This document shows positions 46,986 through 62,599 of a DNA stretch of 64,000 nucleotides, piece after piece. The translations under genes were made by a program, and so were the position numbers. This DNA comes from the human T2T-CHM13v2.0 reference genome, Homo sapiens. The notes beneath the pieces are model-generated. The model did no database searches. It was not told where the DNA came from and was given only the letters and a program-made list of their open reading frames with translations. The stretch lies in assembly GCF_009914755.1 (NCBI RefSeq), contig NC_060933.1; one strand, given 5' to 3'. How positions within the stretch are numbered: position 1 is the first letter of the stretch; every line of letters begins with the position of its first letter.

Positions 46986-47573
46986 GCAGGGAGATGAAGT
47001 TATAGAGTTTTTAGTTTTTTTTTGTGGTTTATGCAATCACTTAAATCATCATCAGTTTAAAATAATGGGTTATAAAATATTATTTGCAAGCCTCATGGTA
47101 ATCTCAAATTTAAAAACATGCAATGGATACACAAAAAATAAAAAGCAAGAAATTAAAACTTATCACCAGAGAAAATCACCTTCATTAAAAGGAAGATGGA
47201 AAGGAAAAAAGAAGAAAGAGAAGGTGACAAAGCTACCTGAAAACAAATAACATCACAGGAGTAAGTCTCTATTCATCAATAATAAGATTGAATATAAATG
47301 GACTAAACTCTCCAATTGAAAGACATAGAGTGGCTGAATGGATTAAAAAAAGATGCAACAATCTGTTGCCTACAAAAAGCATACTTGGCCTTTAAAGACA
47401 CGTAGACTGAAAAAAAGGGATGGAAGAAGATATCCTATGCAAATGGAAACCAAAAAAGAACAGGAGTAGCTATACTTATATCAGACAAAAATATCTCAAG
47501 TCAAAAACTATAAAAAGAGACAAAGAAGGTTATTATATAATAATAAAGGAGTCAGTTCAGCAGAGGATATGAT

Positions 47574-47648
47574 TGTGTGTGTGTGTGTATATACACATAT
47601 ATACAGATATATATATACACACACATGTATATACACATTATATATATG
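47574..47648 (+). repeat. (TG)n(TA)n(CA)n microsatellite inside L1 ORF2
   Basis: Alternating purine-pyrimidine run interrupting the EN-domain region. Confidence 0.9.
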
Positions 47649-47940
47649 CATCCAACAATGGAGCACCCAGATATTTAGAGCAAATATTATTAGAGCTAGA
47701 TAGAGAGATAGACTCCAATACAATAATAGCTGGAGACTTCAACATCCTACTTTCAGCGCTGAACAGATCTTCCAGATGGAAGATCAACAACAACAACAAA
47801 AAATCAAACTTAATCTGCACTATAGGCCATGTGGGCCTATAAATATTTATAGAACATTTAATCCAATGACTGCAGAGTACACATTCTTCTTCTCAGTACA
47901 TAGATCAGTCTCAAGTATAGACCATATGTTAAGCCACAAA

Positions 47941-48073
<133 letters not shown>

Positions 48074-51000
48074 AGAGAGAAATATATCAAGTAACTTCTC
48101 TGACCATAATGGAATAAAACTAGAAATCAATAACAAGAAGAATTTTGGAAACCATATAAACACATGGAAATTAAACAGTATGTTTCTGAATGACCAGTGA
48201 ATCAACAAAGAGATTAAGAAAAAATTGAAAAGTCTCTTGAAACAAATGATAAAGGAGCCACACATACAAAACCTATGGGATACAGTGAAAGCAAAACTAA
48301 GAGGAAAGTTTATAGCTGTAAGTCCCTACACTGAAAAATAAGAAAAACTTCAAACAAACAACCTAATGTTGCATTTTAAAGAACTAGAAAAGCAAGAGCA
48401 AACCAAACCCAAAGTTAGAAGAAAGAAATAACATAAGGGCCGAAATAAATGACATTGAAATGAATAATAAAAAGAGCGATGGAACAAAAACTGGATTTTT
48501 TGAAAAGATAAACAAAATTGACAAACCTTTAGCCAGATTAACCAGGAAAAAGAGAGAGGATCCAAATAAAAAAAAATCAGAAATGAAAAAAAGAGACATT
48601 AGAACCAATACTGCAGAAATCCAAAGGATCATTAGAGACTACTATGTGCAACCATATGCCAATAAATTGGAAAACCTAGAAGAAATAATAAATTCCTAGA
48701 CATATTCACCCTACCAAGATTTAATTATAAAGAAATCCAAAGCCTGAATAGACCAGTGACAAGTAACAAGACCAAGGCCATAATAAAAAATTTCCCAACA
48801 AAGTAAAGCCTGGGACCCGATGACTTCACTACTGAATTCTACCAAACATTTAGAGAACTAATAGAAACTCTATTCTAACTATTCCAAAAAAATAAAAGTG
48901 GAGCAAATATTTTCAAACTCATTCTATGAGGCCAGTATTACCCTGATCATCAAACCAGACAAAGACACATCAAAAAAGAAAACTACAGGCCAACATCTTT
49001 GATGAACACTGATGCAAAAATTCTCAGCAATATACTAGCAAACTGAATTCAACAATACATTAAAAAGATCACTCATCGTGACCAAGTTGGATTTATCTTA
49101 GGGATGCAAGGATGGTTCAACATATGCACATCAATCAATGTGATGCATTATATCAACAGAAAGAAGGACAAAAACCTTATGATCATTTCAACTGATGCTG
49201 AAAATTTTTGCTAAAACTCAACATCGCTTCATGATAAAACTCCAAAAATGGGTATAGAAGGAGTAAACCTCAACACAATAAGAGCTACATACAGCAGACC
49301 CACAGCTAGTATCACACTGACTGGGGAAAAACAAACTTTTCCTCTAAGATCTGGAACGTGACAAAGATGTCCACTTTCACCACTGTTATTCAACATAGTA
49401 CTAGAAATCCTACCTAGAGCAATCAGACAAGAGAAAGAAATAAAGGGTATCCAAATTGGAAAGGAAGAAATCAAATTATCCTTGTTTGCAGATGATAAAA
49501 TCTTCTATTTGGAAAAACTTAAAGACTTCACCAGAAAACTTAGAACGGATAAATTCAGTAAAGTTGCAGGATACAGAATCAACATACAAAAATCAGTAGC
49601 ATTTCTATATGTCAATGGTGAACAATCTGAAAGAAATAAGAAAATAATCACACTTACAATAGCTACAAATAAAATTAAATACCTAGGAATTAACTGAACC
49701 AAAGAAGTAAAAGTTCTCTACAGTAAAAACTGTAAAACATTTGGTGAAAGAAATTGAAGAAGATACAAAAATTTGGAAAGATATTCCATGTTCATGGACT
49801 GGAAGAATCAATATTGTCAAAATGTCCATACTTCCAAACACAATCTAAAGATTCAATGTAATCCCTATAAAAATACCAATGACATTCTTCACAGAAGTAG
49901 AAAAAAAGATCAAAAAATTTGTGTGGAATCACTTAAGACTCAGAATAGTCAAAGCTATTCCAAGCAAAAAGAACAAAACTGAAGGAATCACGTTACCTGA
50001 CTTCAAATTATAATACAGAGCTATAGCAACCCAGACAGCATGGTACTGGCATAAAAACAGATGCACAGACCAATGGAACAGATTAGAGAATCCAGAAACA
50101 AATCCATATGTCAAGAGTGAACTCATTTTTGACAAAGGTGCCAAATGCATGCATTGGGGAATGACATTCTTTTTAATCAATAGTGCTGGGAAAACTGGAT
50201 TTCCATATGCAGAAGAATAAAACTAGGCCCCTATCTCTCACCATATACAAAAATCAAATTCAAATAGGTGAAGAGCATAAATCAAAGACCTCAAACTACG
50301 AAACCACTCAAAGAAAACTTTGGAGAAACTCTCCAGGACATTAAACTTGGCAAAGGTTTCTTGAGTAATACCCCACAAGCACAGGGAACCAAAGAAAAAG
50401 TCTGAATCACATCAAGTTAAAAAGCTTCTTCACAGTAAAGGAAATAATCCACAAAATGAAGAGATAACCCACAGAATGTGAGGAAATATTTGCAAACTAC
50501 CCACCTGACAAGAGATTAATAACCAGACTATACAAGGAACTCAAGCAACCCTGTTAAAAATGGACAAAGGATCTGAATAGATATTTCTCAAAAGAAGACA
50601 AATGACAAATAGGTATACGCAAACATGCTCAAGCTCACTGATCATCAGAGAAATGCAAATCAAAACTACAGTAAGGTATCACCTCACCCCAGTTAAAATG
50701 GCTTATATCCAAAAGACATGCAATAATAAATGCTGGCTTGAATGTGGAGTACAGGAAACCCTTGTATGCTCTTGGTGGGAATGTAAATTAGTACAATCAC
50801 TGTGGAAAACAGTTTGGAGGTTTCTCAAAAAACTAAAAATAGAACTACCACCTGATCCAGCAATCCTACTGTTAGGTATATACACCGGAGAAAGGAAATA
50901 AAAGAGATAGCTGCACTCCCATGCTTACTGTTGCACTATTCAAAGTGGCCAAGATTTAGAAGCAACCTGTGTCCATCAACAGGTGAATGCATAAAGAAAA

Positions 51001-52038
51001 TGTGGTACCTATATACAATGGAGTATTATTATACAATGGAGGCATAAAAAGAATGAGATTGAGCCATCAAAATATGCCATTAAAATGAGATTCTGTCATT
51101 TGCAACAACATGGATAGAACTAAATGTCATTACGTTAAGTGAAATAAGCCAGGCAAAGAAAGACAAACTTTGCATATTCTCACTTAGTTGTGGGAGCTAA
51201 AAATTAAAACAATTGAACTTGTGCAGATCGAGAGTAGAAGGATGATTACCAGAGTCTGGGAAAAGTAGTGGGGGGAATGGGGCAGAAGTGGGGATGATTA
51301 ATAGGTACAAAAAAATAGAAAATATGAATAAGATCTAGTATTTGATAGCACAACAGGGTAACTATAGTCAATAATTTAACTGTACATTTAAAAATAACTA
51401 AAATAATATAACTGAATCATTTATAACACAAAGAATAAATGCTTGAGGTGGTGAATACTCCATTTACCCTGATGTAATTTTATACATTATATGCCTGTAT
51501 TGAATATCCCTATACCCCATTAATATATATGCCTACTGTGTACCCACAAAATTAAAAATTAAAGTTCAAGAAGTGCTTGTAGGCCAACTCTGCAGCAGAA
51601 CAATTTCTGCCCCAAATTCTACACTTGCAAAGTAGACTTGATTTAGGTTGCTCATGCTTTTACTTTAAGTTAGGATCTGATCTGCACAGGCTCCATGACA
51701 ATGAGATTCTAAATTGGCCACGAACTGAAGAGCACCTAAGGCTACAGTCAAGCTTACAAGACTTCAGTGTTGCAAATGCTGTTCTGTAGAGTCCAAGCTC
51801 TGTGTTTCTAAGTAAATATTCCTGTTTTGGCTTCTGGGCTGTCTATCTTTCATATCTTAAAGGCAAATTTCTCATATCACAGGAAAGGAAAGCAGAAAGG
51901 AAATATTACTATTTATACTAGGTTTCAGAACCACAATTTAACCAGTTTTTCCTAGCTAAATAAAGGAATAAAGTAATGTTCTTCCATGGAATATATCAAG
52001 CTACTTTGACATACAATATACACACAATATACATACTG

Positions 52039-52540
52039 ATGTAGGCTGAATTATGATCCCCTCAAAGATAGTCATATCCTAATCCCCACAGCCCATTTAT
52101 TAATTTAAATGGCAAAAAGGACTTTACGGTTGACTGTAAATGAAGGATCTTGAGGTGGGGAGATTATGCTAGATTATCTGGGTGGCCCAATTCAATATGA
52201 GAGTCTTATAAGAACTGCCTTGTAAGAGAGAAGTAAGAGAATCTGAGTCAAAGACATGTGGACAATGGAAGCAAAGGGTAAAAGAGAGAGAGAGGGAGAC
52301 TGGAGGATGCTACATCACTGTTTTTGAATATGGAACCACACCAAGAATACTGGTGGCTTCTTGAAGCTAGAACATGAAAATATATGAGTTCTTCCATAGA
52401 GCCTTCAAAGAAATGTAGCCCTGCTGACCTACTTGAAGACTTTTGACCTCCAGAATTCTGAGAGAACAAATCTGTGCTCTTTTTTTGAGCCACTGAATTG
52501 GTGGCCATTTGTTACAGCAGCAATATGAAACTGTTAAACA
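52039..52540 (+). mobile_element. MaLR solo LTR (MLT1D-like)
   Basis: tgtaggctgaattatgatcccctcaaaga...ggcaaaaaggactt...gattatctgggtggccca...tttgttacagcagcaata. Confidence 0.82.
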
Positions 52541-52559
52541 TACATGACACATACAAATG

Positions 52560-52865
52560 TTTCCCCTTTGCAGCAACATGATGCAGCTGGAGGCCATTAT
52601 CCTAAGTAAATTAACATAGCAACAGAAAACTAAATACTGCATGTTCTCACTTATAAGTAGGAGATAAACACTGGGTCAACACGGACATTAACATGGCAAC
52701 AATAGACACTGGGACTACTAGAGTGGGGAGGATGGTAAGCGGGTTTGGGTTAAAAAACTACCCACCAGGTACTACGCTCACTGCCTGAGTGATGCGATCA
52801 TTCATATGCCAAACCTCAGTGATGTATAATAAACCTGAACATGAAACCCTTGAACCTAAAAGTCG
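52560..52865 (+). mobile_element. L1 3'UTR fragment (L1PB4/L1PA17-like)
   Basis: gcagcaacatgatgcagctggaggccattatcctaag...caacaatagacactgggactactagag. Confidence 0.82.
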
Positions 52866-53356
52866 AAAACACACACATTTCTACTTGAATAAAAGATTTA
52901 AAAATCAGGTTATTTAAATGTCACGTTTATATTAGTCCCTTTAAGGAGGTGAACTCAAAGTACTCCAAAGACCTTATGTTTCTTCCAAAACATTAAAGAT
53001 GCCTTCTAGTTATAAACTACCATCTTTTACAAGTTAAAAATGATGGCTAGCTTTGGAGAGCAGACTTTTATGAAGATGTTGATATCAAATGGGCAGGTTC
53101 TAAGAAAGAAAAGGATATAGCAACTAGAGGGAATCTGAGCTTCCAATCTAGCAATGGGCTGGCACAAGCATTGTTTGTAACTACCTCAAGTTAGTCTGAT
53201 CTGTGCTAGGAACCTTATCACACCATCTTAAAAACCTGCCAAGGCCACACTATTAATTAGTAAATTATAAAACCAGAAGTTAAACTGAAGCCGATATGAT
53301 TCCAAGACACATGCTATCAATGATCTACCATCTAATTTCTGATCTATTCACTATAA

Positions 53357-53740
<384 letters not shown>

Positions 53741-54879
53741 AGTATTCATTCTGTAACTTGTATCCTTCTCCCTTACTGGTTCACACTTAAGTTTCTATCT
53801 CTTCTCCATACACCCTGCTGCCTTCTGCACTGGTGCTATACTGAGCTAACATTCCAGTCCCCGTTTTCACACTGCTTCACTGGGTAATCCAGGGATCATC
53901 TTTCTTTTATGAACAGCTTTATACCTGCTCTGTCATCAGCCTTCATCCAGGAGAGACCTGCTTCAAGCCCCCGACTTCTGCTAGGGTTTGACATCTGAAA
54001 GTGCCATATGTAGCTAGAAAAAGGGCAAACCAGGGTCTTCATTTTACTGTCCTGCCTTACTGTCCAACAATAAAACATTGTCCTAAGATCACATGAGACA
54101 ATTGCACTAATAAACCCAATAAGGATAAGAAATAATGTCCTTTTCAAATCAAATGAATCATTTTCCCTCCTTTAAAATTCAAAAGGAGAATCACAGATTT
54201 ATGTTAAAGACTCCATGCTTCATTATTTTTAAAGCTGTAACAATCACTTGTAGCCAACAGACAACTCACTTGTCTCCAAATTACGATTCAAAAATTAAGG
54301 TAAAGTTTCAGTAGCAAATATTCATATTCCAGTCAAAATCTGCTTTAAAAAATTATATACAGTTATCTTTAATTGCTCAATTCTTGGTATAGGTATTGTA
54401 TGCAAACTTAAAAGCCATATTAAGATGTGAGAAAATCTTATATTATTTTGCAAAGAAATCATCTGCACCATAAAAACAAAAAAATCATTATCTTATACAA
54501 TATTCTGTGGGGAACAGCCTTGATGACTTTAGAAAAATAACCACACGAATCCTAGGAAACTGCAGGAAAAACTGCAATCTTCTACATTAAATGAGAACAT
54601 TTATGTGAAAATGTGTTTGAAATCATAGTCAAATAAATTGTAGGTGTTATTATTAGCATTAGAAAGACTTCTAGAGCTTGCAAGAAGCCAAATTTTCAAA
54701 GCCCCAATAGCCAAAAATTCAGTTAAGTCTTTAAAATGTCATTCCAGGCTTGAGATTTCTCTCTGCAGTGAAGCTCAAAAGTCTTTCCTTTAATCAGACT
54801 GAATAAAATCCGGTTGACCTACTTTCAAATTCACCAGAAGGACTGGAACTATTTTGCTGAGGTCCCTTCCTTAATTATT

Positions 54880-55340
54880 ATATTACTTACCTATTTCTAT
54901 GTAACAAATTGTTCCCAGACTTAGTAGTTTACAATAACAATATACATTTATTATTTAACAATCCCTATGGGCCAGGAATTTGGGAGCAGTTTGGCTGTGT
55001 GGTTCTGGCTTAAGATCGCTAATGAGGTTGCAGTCAAGATATTCGCAGAGGGACAGTGCCTACTCCTAGTTACTCATTCACGTGCCTGACTGTCAGGAGG
55101 TCTCAGTTCCTTGCCATGCAACCCTCTATATAGAGCTGCATTCACGTCCTTACAACATGGCAGTTGGTTTCTCCAGAGCAAGTGATCCATTGAGTGTTAC
55201 ATATCTTAGCCTTGGAAGTCACTACCATTTTCTTTTGGTTACACAGGTCAGCTCAATTCAGTATGGGAGGGAATCACACAAGGGTGGGCCTACAAGGTGG
55301 CAGGGATCATTGGAGGCCATCTTAGGAGCTGACAACCCCA
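54880..55340 (-). mobile_element. MaLR solo LTR (MLT1G/H-like)
   Basis: gtaacaaattgttcccagacttagtagttta...gggccaggaatttgggagcag...gaggttgcagtcaagat...ggatcattggaggccatctta. Confidence 0.7.
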
Positions 55341-55364
55341 ACTATGAAATTCTGATGACCCATA

Positions 55365-55753
55365 TGTATTAGTATGCTAGTGCTGCCATAATAAACTACC
55401 ACAGATTGGATGACTGTAACAACAGAAATTGTTTTCCTCACAATTCTGGAGGCTAGAAGTGTAAAATCAAGGTGTTGGCAGCATTGGTTGCTTCTGAAGC
55501 CTCTCTCCTTGACTTGTAAATGGTCTTCTCTCGGCGTCTTCACAAGGTCTTTCCTCTGTGTTTCTGTATCCTAATCTCTTCTTCTTATAAGAACACCAGT
55601 TACACCCACCTTAATGTCTTCATTTTAACTTTATTACCTCTTTAAACCCCTAACTCCTACTACAGTCACATTCTGAGGTAGTGAAGATTAGGACTTCAAC
55701 ATGTAAATTTGGAGGAGTGTGCACACTTTGGGAGATACAATTCAGTCATAATA
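55365..55753 (-). mobile_element. MaLR solo LTR (MLT1A/B-like)
   Basis: tgtattagtatgctagtgctgccataataaactaccacagattg...acagtcacattctgaggta...aggacttcaacat. Confidence 0.85.
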
Positions 55754-55989
55754 TCCTGTTATCCATCACCTTCTTTACTACAGGTGTTCTCTGTTCTTGG
55801 TCTTGTAAAATAAAACATTCACACTGTGTACTCAGGAATTCCATGTACCTTTTAACAAATAGTGTGCAAATAACCATTTCTTATCTATCCTACATAGGCT
55901 TCATAGGACAAGTTCTGAGAAGGTAAGTACTAACGTCAAATTCCTTCTCATGAACAGCAGTTCTCCCTCTGTGATCTGGGTCCTGATGA

Positions 55990-56450
55990 CAGCGCCAACC
56001 TATGCGCCAACCATGCCACTCCACCTGCTGGCTCCATTCTAGCCTCTTTGCTGCACCTCTAATGTGCCAGGCTTGGCGCCCTGCAGGGCCTTTGCTAATG
56101 CTGTTCTTTGCATTGTTCTTCTGCTATATTGCAGCTGACTAACTCACCTATTCAGGACTCTGCTCCATAAATGGCTCCTCTTCAGAGAGGCCTTCCTTGA
56201 CCACACACTCTGTTACAATCTTTCTCATCCTCCCCAGTTATTCTCCAGAAGTTTACCCTGATTTGTCAACATTGCATATGTCACTATTTGAAACTGTATT
56301 ATGCATTTTTTACGCTTTATTGTCTGTCTCCCACACTAGACCATGAGGCCCATGATCATGGAGACTTTCTCCTGTTCACTATGTATCCCCAGTGCCTAGT
56401 ACATACTGGGTAATCAATATATTTATTTATTGAATAAATGAACAAATGAC
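55990..56450 (+). mobile_element. L2 3' end
   Basis: cagggcctttgc...ttcagagaggccttccttgacca...tgtctgtctcccacactaga...cagtgcctag...tgaataaatgaa. Confidence 0.75.
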
Positions 56451-57664
56451 TATATCAATTAGGTTAATCTGGGCAGTCTGACAGATGGAACAGATAACAA
56501 TTAAGATAGTGTCTATGTTTTATGAGCTATATCTTCCAGAGTTTCTGATCACTAATAGGATACATTTTTAGCTTTGGTGATATAATTTCAGTAAATTGCT
56601 TTAATTAAATTGGAAATTGGCAGTAAGTGTTTGTTTTCTTTAGATGTGGGACTCTGAGACTCAGATATTACATCTGCAATACTGCAAAGTCAAACACACA
56701 AATGGGTGCCAATCTGGATGTTTCCCAGAAATTCTCAATATTGAAAATCTCCAGTTTCTAGACTTGCAAAGGGCTCTCTGTTGATGCATATTGCTTCTGT
56801 ATTATCCCAAGCTATCCATGATGGTAGAAAATAATTCTTTATTCTCATGAGATACTACATATGCCTAGGATCGAGCTTACAAAATGCTTCATAACTTACT
56901 TTATTTGTTGTACATTAATTTCTTACCTGAAAGGCAAATTGTGGGCCTGTAGAATAATTTGTACCTATGGTGGTAACAAAAGTTTCAGTAGCTCCACAAT
57001 TTTCTATGGTCTACCAATGTCATATAATAAGTTAACAGGCATAACCTACAAAAACCACTGCCAGGGATACGTAAATTAACTGTCTCCATTCTCAAATGTG
57101 TTGTCTATTGTGTGTTGTGGAAATGCCTTTTGGCTGAAATTTAGAGCTCCTGATTTCTAGTGTTAGATCCACAACTTTCCCCATGTATGGATTGTGGTAA
57201 GTCATTTAAATTCTCTGGACATTAGTTTTCTTATCAGTAAATTAAGGTGTGATTTTTCAATCTACACTCTATACTGTTTCTTTTAATTCTAAAATCTTAT
57301 AATTTCCATCTCCTCTTCCTCTTCCCTCTTCTCCCCTCCTTTCTCCCCACACCACCCTCTACCCGCCCCACATTTGCAGAAGGAAATAAAAAGTAGTAGC
57401 AGGAAAAGTTTAGGAAAAGCAATGGTAAGTATATAGTCTTATTTCACTTAATAGGAATCAAAAGAAAGGTACTTTACTATGCATACCTCCTCAGCTGCTG
57501 TTCCCCAAACCTCCAGAGAATCCTCTGGGAATGAATGATCACACTTCAGGTCATAAGAGATAAGATACACCTCTGTTTACTGTCCAAACTGAAAGAAATT
57601 ATGCACCACTCCCTTCAATAAATACATCTGCTAAGATAAATGTAGGCATGTGCTTTTAAACCTA

Positions 57665-58169
<505 letters not shown>

Positions 58170-58628
58170 TCAAAATTTTGATCAGAGACTTAATATGATA
58201 ATCTTAAATCAAACATTGTTTTTTTTCTGAATGAAATGATGATACTATGAACACAGTTCTAAAGTATGACCAATATGACCTCAACATTTTCCTACATCAT
58301 ATCCATTAGAAATATTCCCTTCTTGGGATTTTAAATAGTCTCTTTATCCAGGCACCTTGTTTCAGAAACCTGCTTTATTTTCCTACAAGGTGGCTGAGGG
58401 GAAAAAAGGGTGTGGATAGCAACAGAAAACCCACATTTTCTACTTATCATTTATTAGATGGTCTGGAAAATGAATTTCATTTAAGTCCTGAGTACTGCTG
58501 ACAGGATTTAATTTTTTTAAAGTTTTGATACCATTTTCAATATAATTATTACTCTCCCAAGCAGAAATATCAAAACACTTCTAAAAAGTGCTTGGCAGAT
58601 TTTCAGCTTCATATTTCTCCTTAGAGAG

Positions 58629-58964
58629 TGTCTCAGTCTGTTTTGTGCCGCTGTAACAGAATATCTGAACTGGGAAATTTATGAAGAATAGAAATTTATT
58701 TCTCATAGTTCTGGAGGCTGAGATGTCCAAGATCGAGGCACTGGCATTTGGTCTAGTGAGGGCCTTCTTGCTGCTACCTTACGTGACAGAAAACAGAAGG
58801 GCAAGCTAGCTAAATGCTGCATGAAGCCTCTTTTATAAGGGCCTTAATCCTGTTAATTAGGAAGATTCCCTCATAGTCCTCATTCCTTCATAAAGGCCCT
58901 ACATCTTAATACTATTGCATTGGCAACACCTGAATTTTGGAGGGGACACATTCTAACTACGGCA
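58629..58964 (-). mobile_element. MaLR solo LTR (MSTC/D-like)
   Basis: tgtctcagtctgttttgtgccgctgtaacagaat...gaattttggaggggacacattc. Confidence 0.82.
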
Positions 58965-61254
58965 GAGGGTACAGCGTGTATCTGTCAAACTTCTGATTGT
59001 TCACTACAATGAAGAATTGGCTGAAATTCAACTTTTTTTTCAAATCAAAGTAACACCTCTTCTGCATTTCTAAAAAGTAGTTTTTTTTCTATGAAAAAAC
59101 GCAGCATTATTAAATTATTAGGACATCCATTTTCTTCTCAGTAAATCTACTTTTATTCCATCTCACATAGATCATGAATAAGGCCTGTCAGAGGTGATGC
59201 TTGATTTTTCAAAGATTAAGTCTGGCTTCCTTCCCTACACATCATTCTCTAACTCAGGTGAAATTGTAACTCTCTCTGCCTACTCCAAGTGATACACACA
59301 CTGATGTCAGATAAGTTATCAATTCACCCACAGGGAAAGAAGTTCAGAGTGGAGCCAGGCTATGGTGCCCCCCTACTTTATTTTAGGGAGCCCTCAGTTA
59401 ATTTTGGCCAGCCCTCTTCCTTATCTCTCAGGTTGCAGTTCTTCTCAAGCTCCCACTGCTCCAAAATGAACTTTTTTCTTCATCAGTATCTACGGACTAA
59501 GGAAACAGTCTTTCTGGAATGTTTATGATGAAATATTATCAATATAAAATTTGATGTGATGCATCTTTATCCTTCAAAGGCCATTTACTTGTTAACAAGG
59601 TCTTATCATTGTAATGCATTTGTAACTGCTAGAACTTTAAGCATTCAGGCCATGTGAAGGTTGTCAAGAAAACTTATGAATACATTTAAGGGTAAGGGGG
59701 ATTTCTTGGTGCTATTTAAATCACATCATACAAGCAACCATCTACCCTTCACCTGTGGAAGGCATTTGAGCTTTCTCTCTCCCTAGTACACCTCAAGAAT
59801 ACTCATGTTAGTTTTGGATAATACTTTTGAAAAATCGCCAACCCTTGTCCTAAGAGGTATTAATATTCTTGACATAGTACTCTTCCAACTCTACCTGCTG
59901 TCACCAAAATACATATCTCAGACTGAAATATTCCAAAGGTGCACATGACTGTGTCAGATCAAATGCATCTCTTGTTCTTGAGATCACCTTCCCTACCTCC
60001 TTCCCTTGAAGAAGGAAAAAAACAAACAAACAAAAAAAAACAGCATTTTAAAACTCTGGTACCACAAATCCAATGCGGAACATTTAATATTTCATGCAGT
60101 GAAATTTAGCAACATTAATACATTTTTAGTGATATAATTTCCCAAGCCAAAATAGAAGAACAAGTTTACTAGTACAATTTTTGCTGTGTTTTGAAAAGTT
60201 TCTCACAGGTAAACACTTCAAAACTCATAGTTCCTGCAATTTAAATACTTTAGGGCACTTCCGAATTCTTAAAAATATTAAATTACATCCACTATAGTTC
60301 AATATTCTATAGGAAAATATACATTATTTTCAAAAATTAAGTCTGGCTTCCTTCTCTACACATCATTCTCTAACTCTAACGGGTGAAATTATAACTCTCT
60401 CTGCCTGCTCCAAGTAATACACACAATGATCCGAGTAGTTTTTTAATCATTAAAGAATATTTTGAAAATAATAAACTTCACTAAAAGTATTAGCAGACAT
60501 TTAAAACAAAACCACCTTTTTACCTCAAAAGTCATGAGCCAAAACAGGGAGTACCTTACAGAAAATATTTGCCTGTTTCATGTGATGTAAACTCAGAACA
60601 TAACTCAATAGAAAATGCAATATACCATTTAAATTGTAGTATTATTCCTTAGAAAAGTACTACAATATGTGCTTCTTAGAATTAGTAACTTATTAAATGG
60701 GCTTTCTTTTTTGTCTTAAAAAAGGGAAATTAAATAGGAATGCGGAAAACATGCTTTCATGTAAGTTATTGACTCCAAGTACTTAAGTGTACCAAATATA
60801 AAAGTTGGACATTGAAACTAATTTATATCACTACCCTAGAGCCTCATGAATTGGAATTTTCAAGACTGCCTATTTAGGTCTTTGTTGAAAAAAAGGAATT
60901 TCATTAGAAAATGGAATTAATTAGGGCAGCCTGTGGAATTTATTCACAACATTTGCAACCTAAGAATTTATTCGCTTGAAAGGTTTCGTTCTTTTGTCAA
61001 GGATTAACTAAAGAGAACCTATGGCATCTAAATATAGCTGAGAGGGATAATTTAGTGCATCTTGAAATTTATTACATAAATGTAGTTTCTTTTCCTCTGG
61101 AACTAGATGAGATTTATATGTACCAGTTTTTGCACCCATGCCAGATTCTTTAAAGCATATGTTGTAAATTAAAACAATTTTTTATTTTAACATTGAATAA
61201 TTATTTTGATTGTTAGGGAAATGTTAAGTTATTGTGATAATCTTCAAAATGACC

Positions 61255-61392
61255 ATTAGAAGAGAGATTAGCTAGATTACAAGTTCCTGGAGGGCAAGAA
61301 TTATGCTGTGTTCATCTTTTTATCCCTGGTGTTCCATTTACTAGAGTAAGCAATAAACAAGTGTTGTCTTGAGTGAGTTAAAGAATAAATGT
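61255..61392 (+). mobile_element. L2 3' end fragment
   Basis: ctagattacaagttcctggagggcaag...tgttcatctttttatccctgg...caataaacaagtgttg. Confidence 0.55.
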
Positions 61393-62307
61393 ATTATAAC
61401 TCTAACCATGACTATTAGCAACAGGATACATTATTATTACCAAATAGCTTTGCTCATTAGTTTGATATATTTTATCCAAGTCTATATTAACTCTGATACA
61501 AATAGTCCATGAAAGTGTCAATACAACTTTAAATGTTTGCATCAAATAGCCAGAATCGTTTAAAATAGCAACAAATATATCTTCTCTTGTTGGAACAAAG
61601 ATAGCAATTTGTAAAAAAAGTTATTTTAAGACTTTTATAAAAATATTTTTAGTGGTGAGTTAGATTCACGGAGAGAGGTTGCAAGAGAGAAGGATAACCA
61701 TATTCAGGGAGAAAACCAAAACAAAAGAAAACAGGAGTCTGCACTCTACCCATCCTAGGATTAGTCTGCTAAAAGGAATTCATAGAGTAGTATCTAGGTC
61801 ATGCCAGGGATAAAATTTTAATTGAACTCTTTTGGCTCCTTGTAGGATACCAAATTTTTTATGTTAAAAATTTCCTACTATGTAGATTGTGCTTTATATT
61901 ATTAGTCAATCACTACAACTCTTATGAACATTATGTTCCTTTAAAAACCATTCTTTTTGTTCCAAATACATAAAAAGCTTTTAAAATGCTCTCAGTTAGT
62001 TGGCTTCCAACAGAAAAGCAAGTAAAGAAAAATAACTTAAAATTATCACTTCTTTGTAGGATTTAAAGCTAATAGCACAAATCTAATAGTTCGTCTAAGT
62101 GCAACATCCTCCAAACAGACCTTGAACCTCAGGTAATCGCACACTCACCAGTTTTCCTGTTTCACACCTCTGAATTTAAAATCTTCTCTGGTGGTAAAGA
62201 CTGGCAAAGCTGCCTAAGCTTTTCTGGCTTATGCACTTCGTAGCTCCTTTCACTATGGTCCTGGCCTTTCTTAACTGAATCTAGCCAAAAATTCAGTTGG
62301 TTCAATT

Positions 62308-62599
62308 AACCATCATTCTCAGCAAACTATCGCAAGGACAAAAAACCAAACATCGCATGTTCTCACTCATAGGTGGGAATTGAACAATGAGAACACATGG
62401 ACACCGGAAGGGGAACATCACACACCGGGGCCTGCCGTGGGGTGGGGGGAGGGGGGAGGGATAGCATTAGGAGATATACCTAATGTTAAATGACGAGTTG
62501 ATGGGTGCAGCACACCAATATGGCACATGTATACGTATGTAACTAACCTGCATGTTGTGCACATGTACCCTAAAACTTAAAGTATAATTTAAAAAAAAA
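62308..62599 (+). mobile_element. Short 5'-truncated L1PA4/5-like 3' end
   Basis: aaccatcattctcagcaaactatcgcaagg...cacaccggggcctg, G-rich 3'UTR, gtaccctaaaacttaaagtataat and an A tail. Confidence 0.95.
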
